A DNA stretch of 64,000 nucleotides from an uncultured Tropicimonas sp. (GTDB taxonomy: Bacteria; Pseudomonadota; Alphaproteobacteria; Rhodobacterales; Rhodobacteraceae): assembly GCA_947497945.1 (NCBI GenBank), contig CANMIP010000024.1, positions 30,371-94,370 on the forward strand, given 5' to 3'. This document shows positions 37,246-45,928 of the stretch, piece after piece; the first letter of the stretch is position 1; every line of letters starts with the position of its first letter. The position numbers and the translations under genes were made by a program. Below the pieces are notes generated by a model, which did no database searches, was not told the origin of the DNA, and saw only the letters and a program-made list of their open reading frames with translations.

Positions 37246-38673
37246 ATGAGCGAAAAGACCAGTTTCTTCGATGAGTTGCACGGGCACGGGGACAGCCCCC
37301 GCCCGCCCTATGGCGACTATCACGCATGGTTTCAGGGCGAGGATCTGGCGCGGCTGCGCAAGAAATCCTCGGATGCCGAGACCTTTTTCCGCCGAACCGG
37401 CATCACCTTCAATGTCTACGGGGAAGCGGATGCCGACGAGCGCCTGATCCCTTTTGACATTGTCCCGCGCGTCCTCTCGGCGCGCGAATGGTCCCGGCTC
37501 GAACGCGGCATCGACCAACGCGTCCGCGCGATCAACGCCTTCCTGCACGATATCTATCACCGGCAGGAGATCATCCGCGCCGGCCGCGTGCCGGTCGAAC
37601 TGATCGCGCAGAATGACGCCTTCCTGCCGCAGATGATCGGCGTGCAGCCGCCGGGCGGGGTCTACACTCATATCGTCGGCACTGATCTGGTGCGCACCGG
37701 CGAAGATGAGTTCTACGTGCTCGAGGACAATGCCCGCACGCCCTCCGGCGTCTCCTACATGCTGGAGAACCGCGAGACGATGCTGCAGATGTTCCCCGAG
37801 CTTTTCAGCAAGATCCGCGTCCGCCCGGTGCAGGACTACCCGACGCGCCTCTCCCGTTCGCTCTCCGCCTGCTCGCCGCCCAAATGCCAGGGCAAACCGG
37901 TCGTGGCCGTGCTCACGCCGGGCATCCACAACTCCGCCTATTTCGAGCATTCCTTCCTGGCCGACAATATGGGCGCGGAGCTTGTCGAAGGCTCGGACCT
38001 GAGGGTGGTCGACGGGCGCATCGCCATGCGCACGACCCGGGGCTACAAGGCGATCGACGTGCTCTATCGCCGGGTCGATGACGATTTCCTCGACCCGCTG
38101 AACTTCCGCCCCGACAGCGTGCTCGGCATTCCCGGCATCATGGATGTCTACCGTTCGGGCGGCATCACCATCGCCAACGCGCCGGGCACCGGTATCGCCG
38201 ATGACAAGGCGATCTATTCCTACATGCCCGATATCGTCGAGTTCTATACCGGCGAGAAGGCGATCCTGCAGAACGTGCCGACCTATCGCTGTTCGGAAGC
38301 CGATAGCCTGGCCTATGTGCTCGACAATCTCGCCGAGCTGGTGGTCAAGGAAGTCCATGGCTCGGGCGGCTACGGGATGCTGGTCGGCCCGGCCGCCAGC
38401 AAGAAGGAGATCGCGGAGTTCCGCGAGAAGCTGACGGCCAAGCCGAGCAATTACATCGCCCAGCCGACGCTGGCGCTTTCGACCGTGCCGATCCTGGCCA
38501 AGTCCGGCCTCGCGCCGCGCCATGTCGACCTGCGCCCCTTCGTGCTGGTCTCGCCCAAGGGGATCGACCTGACCCCCGGCGGGCTGACGCGGGTGGCGCT
38601 CAAGGCCGGCTCGCTGGTGGTGAACTCGTCGCAGGGCGGTGGCACCAAGGACACCTGGGTGCTGGAGGAATAA
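37246..38673 (+). CDS. Circularly permuted type-2 ATP-grasp protein (DUF404/DUF407 family)
   Basis: 475 aa from ATG 37246. YVLEDNARTPSGVSYMLENR and VVKEVHGSGGYGMLVGP blocks are characteristic of this family. It is the first gene of the conserved triad. Confidence 0.8.
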   Translation: MSEKTSFFDELHGHGDSPRPPYGDYHAWFQGEDLARLRKKSSDAETFFRRTGITFNVYGEADADERLIPFDIVPRVLSAREWSRLERGIDQRVRAINAFLHDIYHRQEIIRAGRVPVELIAQNDAFLPQMIGVQPPGGVYTHIVGTDLVRTGEDEFYVLEDNARTPSGVSYMLENRETMLQMFPELFSKIRVRPVQDYPTRLSRSLSACSPPKCQGKPVVAVLTPGIHNSAYFEHSFLADNMGAELVEGSDLRVVDGRIAMRTTRGYKAIDVLYRRVDDDFLDPLNFRPDSVLGIPGIMDVYRSGGITIANAPGTGIADDKAIYSYMPDIVEFYTGEKAILQNVPTYRCSEADSLAYVLDNLAELVVKEVHGSGGYGMLVGPAASKKEIAEFREKLTAKPSNYIAQPTLALSTVPILAKSGLAPRHVDLRPFVLVSPKGIDLTPGGLTRVALKAGSLVVNSSQGGGTKDTWVLEE

Positions 38674-38674
38674 C

Positions 38675-39616
38675 ATGCTCGGAAAGACCGCCGGCGGCCT
38701 CACCTGGATGTTCCGCTACCTGGAACGCTGTGAGACCACGTCCCGCCTGATCGAAACTGGCTTTCGAAACGCGCTGACCCGCCCCGCAACCGCCTCGGAC
38801 GAATGGGCCGCCGTGCTCGACGCCTCGGGCACCCGTGCGGCCTATCTGGAGCGTCACGCGGCCTTCGAGCAGCATTCCGTGATCGACTTCCTGCTGCGCG
38901 ACAAGTCCAACCCCTCCTCGGTTCTCTCTTGCGTGGAGAATGCGCGGATGAACGCCCGGCTCGTCCGGACGGCGCTGTCGCGCGAGGTCTGGGAGGCGGT
39001 CAATGATTGCTGGATGACGCTGAAAGGCGCGCTCGGACACAAGGTGCAGGACCGCGACCTGCCCGAGGTGCTGGCGCTGATCCGACAGCAGAACGCGCTG
39101 GTGCGCGGCGCCACCCACGGCACGATGCTGCGCAACGAGATTTTCAATTTCTGCCGCATCGGCACCTTCCTCGAACGCGCGGATGCCACGGCGCGCATTC
39201 TCGACGTGAAATACTACGTCCTGCTGCCCTCGATCAGCCATATCGGCTCGGCGCTGGACAACGTGCAATGGGAGAACATCCTGCGTTCCGTCGGCGCCCG
39301 TTCCTCCTATCGCTGGCTGAACGGGCCGGATATCTCCGCCATGGGGATCGCCGATTTTCTTATCCTCGATCATCGGATGCCGCGCAGCCTCACCTTCTGT
39401 ATCGGGAAGGTGGCGTCGAACCTGCGCTATCTGGCGCTGGAATACGAGGCGCATGGGCCAAGCCAGGAGAAGGTCGAGGAAATGCTGGTGAAGCTTGAAG
39501 AGGCGGAGATCGAGAAGATCTTCGAGGACGGGCTGCACGAGTTCATCCTGGAGCTGCTTGCCGATGTCTCCGAGCTCTCCGCCACGATTGAAACCGATTA
39601 TCGTTTTTACGGGTAA
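38675..39616 (+). CDS. Alpha-E domain protein (DUF403)
   Basis: MLGKTAGGLTWMFRYLERCETTSRLI and all-helical composition. The start is 1 nt after the ATP-grasp stop. Confidence 0.8.
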   Translation: MLGKTAGGLTWMFRYLERCETTSRLIETGFRNALTRPATASDEWAAVLDASGTRAAYLERHAAFEQHSVIDFLLRDKSNPSSVLSCVENARMNARLVRTALSREVWEAVNDCWMTLKGALGHKVQDRDLPEVLALIRQQNALVRGATHGTMLRNEIFNFCRIGTFLERADATARILDVKYYVLLPSISHIGSALDNVQWENILRSVGARSSYRWLNGPDISAMGIADFLILDHRMPRSLTFCIGKVASNLRYLALEYEAHGPSQEKVEEMLVKLEEAEIEKIFEDGLHEFILELLADVSELSATIETDYRFYG

Positions 39617-39619
39617 GCC

Positions 39620-40450
39620 ATGCGCCTGAAGATCCTTCACCGGACCACATACAGCTATTCCGAGCCCGTGCCCTATGCGCTCCAGCAACTCCGGCTGACG
39701 GCCAAGGACCGGCCCGGCCAGAAGGTGCTCGACTGGAAGATCGAGGTCACCGGCGGCCACAAGGAGCTGAGCTTCGAGGACCAGAATGCCAACCGGGTCG
39801 TGCTGCTCTCCTATTCGGGCGACGGCCATGAGATCGTGGTCGAAGCTTCGGGCGAGGTCGAGACCCGGGACACCGCCGGTGTCTCCGGCCAGCAAGGCGG
39901 TTTCGCGCCGCTCTGGCTCTTCAAGCGGCAGACGGAACTGACCCGGCAAGGCGCCGGAATTCGGAGCCTTGTCAAAGGGCTGAGCGCCGAAGTTGAAGAC
40001 CCGATCGCGCGCTGTCACGCGCTGTCCGAACGCGTTCTGGCGGCGGTGAAATACGAGAAGGGCCGGACCGGGGTCGAAACCAGCGCCGAGGCCGCGCTGG
40101 AAGCCGGCAGCGGCGTCTGCCAGGACCACGCCCATGTCTTCATCGCCGCCGCACGGCAGCTCGGCTACCCGGCGCGCTATGTCTCCGGCTATCTCTTCAT
40201 GGAGGATACCGAGCACCAGCAGGCAAGCCATGCCTGGGCGGAGGTCCATGTCTCCGGGCTCGGCTGGGTCGGCTTCGACGTGCCCAACGAACTCTGCCCC
40301 GACGAGCGCTATGTGCGGGTCGCCACCGGACTCGACTATGCCGAGGCCGCACCGATCTCCGGCCTGCATTTCGGCGCCGAGGGCGAGACGCTGGGCGTCG
40401 ATATCCAGGTCAGCGAGATCACGCAGAGCCAGCAGCAGCAACAGAGCTAG
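39620..40450 (+). CDS. Transglutaminase-family protein (Bact_transglu_N plus transglutaminase core)
   Basis: MRLKILHRTTYSYSEPV N-domain. The catalytic context GVCQDHAHVF (Cys), HAWAEV (His) and GFDVPN (Asp) appears intact. Gln-rich C-terminal tail. Confidence 0.85.
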   Translation: MRLKILHRTTYSYSEPVPYALQQLRLTAKDRPGQKVLDWKIEVTGGHKELSFEDQNANRVVLLSYSGDGHEIVVEASGEVETRDTAGVSGQQGGFAPLWLFKRQTELTRQGAGIRSLVKGLSAEVEDPIARCHALSERVLAAVKYEKGRTGVETSAEAALEAGSGVCQDHAHVFIAAARQLGYPARYVSGYLFMEDTEHQQASHAWAEVHVSGLGWVGFDVPNELCPDERYVRVATGLDYAEAAPISGLHFGAEGETLGVDIQVSEITQSQQQQQS

Positions 40451-40644
40451 TATCCGACTAAAAAATTCAGGATTGACGTTTCTGACTATTTTGCTAGGTT
40501 TTATCCGGTAACACTGGAGAGACCCTTGATGCCCCTTGCCGAACGCCATGCCAGCACCGGACCGATGCGCCTTCTCGGCCTCTGCGTCCTCGCCTGCGCG
40601 CTGTTCACGCCGGGGCGGTTCCTGCAGATCGACACCCTTCTGGA

Positions 40645-40830
40645 TTGGACCGAGGAAGACAGATGAGCCTGATGACCGAGATCGGACTGCCCGAGACAGC
40701 CGCCGAACCCCGCCCCGCCTATGACGCACGGATCATGACCGGGGCGGACGGCTTGGCCCATATTGTCCTGGACGAAAAGGTTTACACGCTGCGGATCACG
40801 AGGGCCGGTAAGTTGATCCTCACCAAATAG
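40645..40830 (+). CDS. hemP: Hemin-uptake protein HemP/HmuP family
   Basis: The C-terminus IVLDEKVYTLRITRAGKLILTK matches the HemP signature (..Y.LR.TR.GKLILTK). The start may be ATG 40663. Confidence 0.7.
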   Translation: MDRGRQMSLMTEIGLPETAAEPRPAYDARIMTGADGLAHIVLDEKVYTLRITRAGKLILTK

Positions 40831-40896
40831 TGGCATCACGGGCAGGCAACCCGGAACGACGACGATCGGGTCGCGCGATCCTTTCGTTTCACGAGG

Positions 40897-41202
40897 TTGC
40901 CCATGCCCCGCCCGCCTGCCCTGCCAGTTTCCCCCTGTATAGACATCTGTCGCTACAGCAGGCGCGGACATTGTAGCGGTTGCTCAATGACACAAGCCCA
41001 GAAACGGCTCTTCGCAGGGTTGAAGAATACCGGGCAACGCGCGGAGTTCGTCCAGATGATCCGGGACCAGCAATCGATGATGGGCGGTTACGACAACTGG
41101 GAGGCGGCCTATGCCGGGAAGGTGAAACGCTACCCGCACGGCGAATCGCTTCCGGCCTCCGACACCGGCCGGGCCGCACGGCCGGAGCCCGAAAAAGGGT
41201 AA
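40897..41202 (+). CDS. DUF1289 domain protein (Cys-rich, putative Fe-S/oxidoreductase-like)
   Basis: SPCIDICRYSRRGHCSGCSMT matches the DUF1289 SPC..C......C.GC core. Confidence 0.6.
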   Translation: MPMPRPPALPVSPCIDICRYSRRGHCSGCSMTQAQKRLFAGLKNTGQRAEFVQMIRDQQSMMGGYDNWEAAYAGKVKRYPHGESLPASDTGRAARPEPEKG

Positions 41203-41463
41203 ATGGGCGAATTTTCGGTATTCTGACCGAACTGATCCCCCGGCGGCTCTCGCACCGGCCGGCGTCACGCCCCGTCCCTGCCCCTCTTGCCAATGGAACG
41301 CCGGATCCGAAGCCAGAAAATCGACATCCGGCCCGGCGCGCCTCCCCGCGCGGCGCCGGACTGCCCCGGTTCGCCGCCTCGAGCGCCTTGGCCTTTCGTC
41401 CCAAACAGAAGAAAAGCAACGGATGGACTTGCACTCCCGCGGAACGCCGGGTCATGTGCGAGC

Positions 41464-42354
41464 ATGGAAAAGACTGTGGACATCCTCTGCATCGGTTCGG
41501 TGCTCTGGGACGTGATCGGGCGCACCCCGCGCTCGATGGCCGTTGGCCATGACGTGCCGGGGCGGATCACGCGCTTGCCCGGCGGGGTCGCGATGAATAT
41601 CGCCATGGCGCTGGTGCGCGAGGGGCTTCGGCCCGCGCTGATGACGGTGCTCGGCGAAGATGGCGAAGGCCACGACCTGGCGAAGGCTGCGGAGAGAATG
41701 GGAATGGCGACCGAGTTCGTCACCTGGTCCGACAGCTTGCCGACCGATCAATACATGGCCATCGAGGCCGAAAACGGGCTCGTTGCCGCGATTGCCGATG
41801 CCCATTCGCTGGAACGCGCGGGCGACAGCATTCTCGAACCGCTCGCCGATGGGCGGCTCGGCTCCATCGATGCTCCCTTTGCCGGCGTTATCGCGCTGGA
41901 TGGCAACCTGACCGAAAGCCTGCTCTCAAGAATAGCCGACAACCCGTTGTTTTCGCAGGCAGATCTTCGCATCGCACCAGCCTCTCCCGGCAAGGCAAAC
42001 CGGCTGGTGCCTCTGCTGACGCACCCGAAGGCCACGATCTATGTCAACCGGATCGAGGCCGGGCTGATCTGCGACAAGAAATTCCCCACCGCCCAGGCCG
42101 GCGCCGTGGGGCTGTGCGAAATGGGGGCGCGGCGCGTGCTTGTCACCGATGGCGGCGCGCCGATGGCCGAGGCCGGACCGGACGGCATCCGGACCGCCAC
42201 CCCGCCCCAGGTCACCGTCAATCGCGTGACTGGCGCGGGCGACACGTTCATGGCCGCCCATATCGCCGCAGAGGCCCGTGGCCAGGCCGGAAACTTTGCG
42301 CTGGAGGCCGCGCTCGGTATCACGGCCGCCTATATCTCGGAGACAGGTTCTTGA
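41464..42354 (+). CDS. psuK: PfkB-family kinase, pseudouridine kinase by context
   Basis: MEKTVDILCIGSVLWDV..., GGVAMNIA, and the C-terminal VTGAGDTFMAAH (PfkB signature). Translationally coupled to psuG. Confidence 0.7.
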   Translation: MEKTVDILCIGSVLWDVIGRTPRSMAVGHDVPGRITRLPGGVAMNIAMALVREGLRPALMTVLGEDGEGHDLAKAAERMGMATEFVTWSDSLPTDQYMAIEAENGLVAAIADAHSLERAGDSILEPLADGRLGSIDAPFAGVIALDGNLTESLLSRIADNPLFSQADLRIAPASPGKANRLVPLLTHPKATIYVNRIEAGLICDKKFPTAQAGAVGLCEMGARRVLVTDGGAPMAEAGPDGIRTATPPQVTVNRVTGAGDTFMAAHIAAEARGQAGNFALEAALGITAAYISETGS

Positions 42355-43265
42355 CGCTTCCCCTTGTTTTCTCTTCGGAAATTTCCGAGGCCCGCGCGGC
42401 CGGCAGCGCCATTGTCGCGCTGGAGAGCACCATCATCACCCATGGCATGCCCTATCCGCAGAATCTCGAAACCGCGCGCCGGGTCGAGGAGACGGTCCGG
42501 CGCGCCGGGGCAACCCCCGCGACCATCGCCGTGCTGGACGGCACGCTGCATATCGGGCTGGAACCGGCGGAACTGGAAGCGCTCGCCCAGGCGAAGGATG
42601 TCGCCAAGGTCAGCCGCGCCGATCTCGCCGTCTGCATGGCGCGCGGAGGCAATGGCGCCACGACCGTGGCCGCGACGATGATCGCCGCCCGCCTCGCCGG
42701 GATCGAGGTCTTTGCCACCGGTGGTATCGGCGGCGTGCACAAAGGCGCCGAGGACAGCTTCGACATCTCGGCCGATCTCCAGGAGCTGGCCCAGACCGCC
42801 GTTACCGTGGTCTGTGCCGGGGCCAAGGCGATCCTCGATCTGAACAAGACCTTTGAAGTGCTTGAAACCCTTGGCGTTCCTGTCATCGGATATGGGCAGG
42901 ACATGCTGCCGTCCTTCTGGTCGCGCGGCTCCGACATTCCGGCACCTTTGCGCATGGACAGCGCCGCCGAGATCGCGGCCGCCCAGGCGATGCGCGCAGC
43001 GCTTGGCCTGCCCGGCGGCCAGCTTGTCGCCAATCCGATTCCCCCCGAGGCCGAGATCCCGGCGGAAACCCTTGCCCCCGTGATCGCGCAGGCGCAGCAG
43101 GAAGCCGACGATGCCGGCATTGCGGCAAAGGCCGTCACGCCTTTCCTGCTCCAGCGTATCTTCGAGCTGACCGAGGGACGCTCGCTTGAGGCCAATATTG
43201 CGCTCGTTCTGAACAATGCGCGTCTGGCCGCTGAAATCTCACGCGAAATCGTGGCGTCCCGCTAG
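42351..43265 (+). CDS. psuG: Pseudouridine-5'-phosphate glycosidase
   Basis: The IVALESTIITHGMPYPQN, TGGIGGVHKG and VVCAGAKAILD blocks are PsuG (IndA-like) hallmarks. I propose TTG 42351, which overlaps the psuK TGA (TTGA), and this gives 304 aa. The ORF track's upstream ATG would overlap psuK by 240 nt. Confidence 0.85.
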   Translation: MTLPLVFSSEISEARAAGSAIVALESTIITHGMPYPQNLETARRVEETVRRAGATPATIAVLDGTLHIGLEPAELEALAQAKDVAKVSRADLAVCMARGGNGATTVAATMIAARLAGIEVFATGGIGGVHKGAEDSFDISADLQELAQTAVTVVCAGAKAILDLNKTFEVLETLGVPVIGYGQDMLPSFWSRGSDIPAPLRMDSAAEIAAAQAMRAALGLPGGQLVANPIPPEAEIPAETLAPVIAQAQQEADDAGIAAKAVTPFLLQRIFELTEGRSLEANIALVLNNARLAAEISREIVASR

Positions 43266-43350
43266 AATTGGCCGCTTGAAATCACCCCCCGGCCTTGCGC
43301 AGCGACGGCCCGCTGCATAGCTTCTCGCGGGGAGGAAACCACGCCAGATC

Positions 43351-44127
43351 ATGTCAAATCGCGACAGCACTCCACCGCAGCAACCGCCGCATCCCGTTCC
43401 GCGCCGCCGGCTCCTGTCCAACCTGCGCAACTCCTTCCTGACCGGTCTCGTCGTGATCGCGCCGGTCGGGTTGACGGTTTGGCTGATCTGGACCGTTGTC
43501 GGCTGGGTCGATTCCTTCGTCCTGCCCTTCGTGCCCGATCCCTACAAGCCGGAGACGCTGTTCAAGGATCTTCTCGGCGAGGACACGCGGGTCAACATTC
43601 GCGGCATCGGCGTCGTTTTCTTCCTTGTTTTCACGGTCTTGATCGGCTGGATCGCCAAGGGCCTGATCGGACGGTCGCTGATCGACTGGGCCGAGGGGCT
43701 GATCGACCGCATGCCGATCGTGCGGACGATCTACAACGCGCTGAAACAGATCGCCGAGACCGTCTTCGCCCAGACCGAGACCAATTTCGACAAGGCCTGC
43801 CTGATCCAGTATCCGCGCGAGGGGCTCTGGGCGGTTGCCTTCGTGTCGACCCATGCCAAGGGCGAGGTTTCGCGCCGTGTGCCGCGCGACAACCGGGTGA
43901 TCTCGGTCTTCCTGCCGACAACGCCGAACCCGACCTCGGGTTTCCTGCTCTTCGTGCCGGAGGCCGATATCATCTATCTCGACATGTCGGTCGAAGATGC
44001 TGCCAAGCTGGTCATCTCCGCCGGGCTTGTCTACCCGCCGGACATGTCTGCCGAACAGCCGAAGACGCCGGACGGCATTCCCTACGAGGTCGAGGCGGAA
44101 CGGCAGCGCGATAAACTCGACGCCTGA
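43351..44127 (+). CDS. DUF502 domain membrane protein
   Basis: LRNSFLTGLVVIAPVGLTVWLIW and PTTPNPTSGFLLFVP are DUF502 signatures. Confidence 0.8.
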   Translation: MSNRDSTPPQQPPHPVPRRRLLSNLRNSFLTGLVVIAPVGLTVWLIWTVVGWVDSFVLPFVPDPYKPETLFKDLLGEDTRVNIRGIGVVFFLVFTVLIGWIAKGLIGRSLIDWAEGLIDRMPIVRTIYNALKQIAETVFAQTETNFDKACLIQYPREGLWAVAFVSTHAKGEVSRRVPRDNRVISVFLPTTPNPTSGFLLFVPEADIIYLDMSVEDAAKLVISAGLVYPPDMSAEQPKTPDGIPYEVEAERQRDKLDA

Positions 44128-44164
44128 GCCGGGCTGGCAGCGCTCCGTCCGGGGGTGGCGCGGC

Positions 44165-45328
44165 TCAGGCCACGGGCATGCGCTGTTCGACGATCTCTGC
44201 GAACCAGGAACAGCCGGACGGGATCACATCATCGTCGAAATTGTATTCCGCGTGGTGTACGGCGGCGGTGTCGCCATTGCCGACGAGGATGTAGGCGCCC
44301 GGCCGCTCCTCCAGCATGAAGGCGAAATCCTCGCCGCCCATGATCAGCGGCGCCTCGCCACACTCTCCCGAGACGGTGCGGGCGATTCCGGCGGCGAAAT
44401 CCGTCTCCCGCCCGGAATTGACCATGACCGGATAGTTGCGCAGATATTTCGGCCGCGCCGTGCCGCCAAAGGTCGCCGCAACCCCTTGGGAGATCTCGAT
44501 GATCCGCGCCTCCGCCATGTCGCGCAGTTCCGGCTTCAGCGTGCGCGCCGTGCCCTTCAGCACCACCTTCTGCGGGATGACGTTATAGGCGTTGGAAGAG
44601 GTCTCGAAGCTGGTCACCGAAACGACGAGCTGTTCGACCGGGTTGGCGTTGCGCGACGCGATCGATTGCAGCGCCACCACGAGATGCGACGCCATCAGCG
44701 TGGTGTCGATCGTCTCATGCGGTTTGGCGGCATGGCCTCCCCGGCCCTCCAGCTCGATGCGGAAATGGTCGGCCGAGGCAAAGAACGGCCCCGGTCGGAT
44801 GTGGAAACTGCCAACCTCCATGCCGGGCCAGTTATGCATGCCATAGACTTCCTGGATGCCGAAGCGCTCCATCAGCCCGTCCTCGCACATCGCCTTCGCG
44901 CCGCCGCCGCCCTCTTCGGCAGGCTGGAACACAACCACGGCCGAGCCATCGAAATTCCGGGTCTCGCAAAGGTATTTCGCCGCCCCGAGCAGCATCGCCG
45001 TGTGCCCGTCATGGCCACAGGCATGCATCACGCCGGGGGTCTTCGAGGCATAGTCCAGCCCCGTCTCCTCCTCGATGGGCAGCGCGTCCATATCCGCCCG
45101 CAGCCCGACCACCCGGCCCGCGCTATCGCTCCGGCCCCGGATCACACCGACAACACCGGTTCGTCCGAGCCCGGTCACGATCTCGTCGCAGCCGAACTGC
45201 TCCAGCAGCTCGGCCACGCGCGCGGCCGTGCGGTGGGTCTCGTAAAGCAGCTCGGGATGGGCGTGGAAATCGCGCCGCCAGGCGGTGATCTCCGCTTGTA
45301 GCTCCGCGAAACGGTTCTTGACGGGCAT
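44165..45328 (-). CDS. M20D-family amidohydrolase (hippurate hydrolase / N-acyl-amino-acid amidohydrolase type)
   Basis: WRRDFHAHPEL, LRADMDALP, MHACGHDGH, FQPAEEG and GGHAA motifs. Confidence 0.88.
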   Translation of the reverse strand: MPVKNRFAELQAEITAWRRDFHAHPELLYETHRTAARVAELLEQFGCDEIVTGLGRTGVVGVIRGRSDSAGRVVGLRADMDALPIEEETGLDYASKTPGVMHACGHDGHTAMLLGAAKYLCETRNFDGSAVVVFQPAEEGGGGAKAMCEDGLMERFGIQEVYGMHNWPGMEVGSFHIRPGPFFASADHFRIELEGRGGHAAKPHETIDTTLMASHLVVALQSIASRNANPVEQLVVSVTSFETSSNAYNVIPQKVVLKGTARTLKPELRDMAEARIIEISQGVAATFGGTARPKYLRNYPVMVNSGRETDFAAGIARTVSGECGEAPLIMGGEDFAFMLEERPGAYILVGNGDTAAVHHAEYNFDDDVIPSGCSWFAEIVEQRMPVA

Positions 45329-45350
45329 GTCCTGGCCTCTCCTGCGCTGT

Positions 45351-45851
45351 TCAGACTGCCATCATTCCGTCTCTGCGAAGCTGCGGCAAGGGATGATCAT
45401 AGACGGCGAGGAAGCGTTCGAGAAGCTCTGACAGCTTCTCCCAGTCCGCGTCCCCCATCCGCGCGCGCGCATCCGCGTCCAGCGCAGCCAGGGCGGGATG
45501 GCAGGCCGCCATCGCCGCCTCGCCCTCGGCGGTCAGCGCGAGGCAGACCGCGCGTCGATCCTGCTTCGGCACGTCCCTGCGAATGTAGCCTTCGCGCACG
45601 AGCCGATCGATATACCGCCCGAATGTCGTCGCATCATGGCCGAGCAATTCGGCACAGCTTCCCTGTCGGATACCGGGATGGCGCTCGAGAACAATCAGGA
45701 CGCAAAGATAGGGCGGCGGCACCGGCATCGCCTCAAGCCCTGCATCGTTCAGCCGCTGTGCGAAACGCGCAGCGACCTGCAAATAGAGTCCGGAATATGC
45801 AGCCGGACCCTCATCCTCCATTTGCGGAGTCTCTGAAACATCTATCTTCAT
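45351..45851 (-). CDS. MarR-family transcriptional regulator
   Basis: wHTH region (LCVLIVLERHPGIRQGSCAELLGHDATTFGRYIDRLVREGYIRRDVPKQDRRAVCLALT). Start taken at MKIDVSE (45851). Confidence 0.8.
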   Translation of the reverse strand: MKIDVSETPQMEDEGPAAYSGLYLQVAARFAQRLNDAGLEAMPVPPPYLCVLIVLERHPGIRQGSCAELLGHDATTFGRYIDRLVREGYIRRDVPKQDRRAVCLALTAEGEAAMAACHPALAALDADARARMGDADWEKLSELLERFLAVYDHPLPQLRRDGMMAV

Positions 45852-45928
45852 ATCATGTGTGGTAAGATCATTCCGAAGCAGTTTCAATGATGCACGCCCC
45901 GGAATCCGCACGACCCAGCGGAAGCTTT

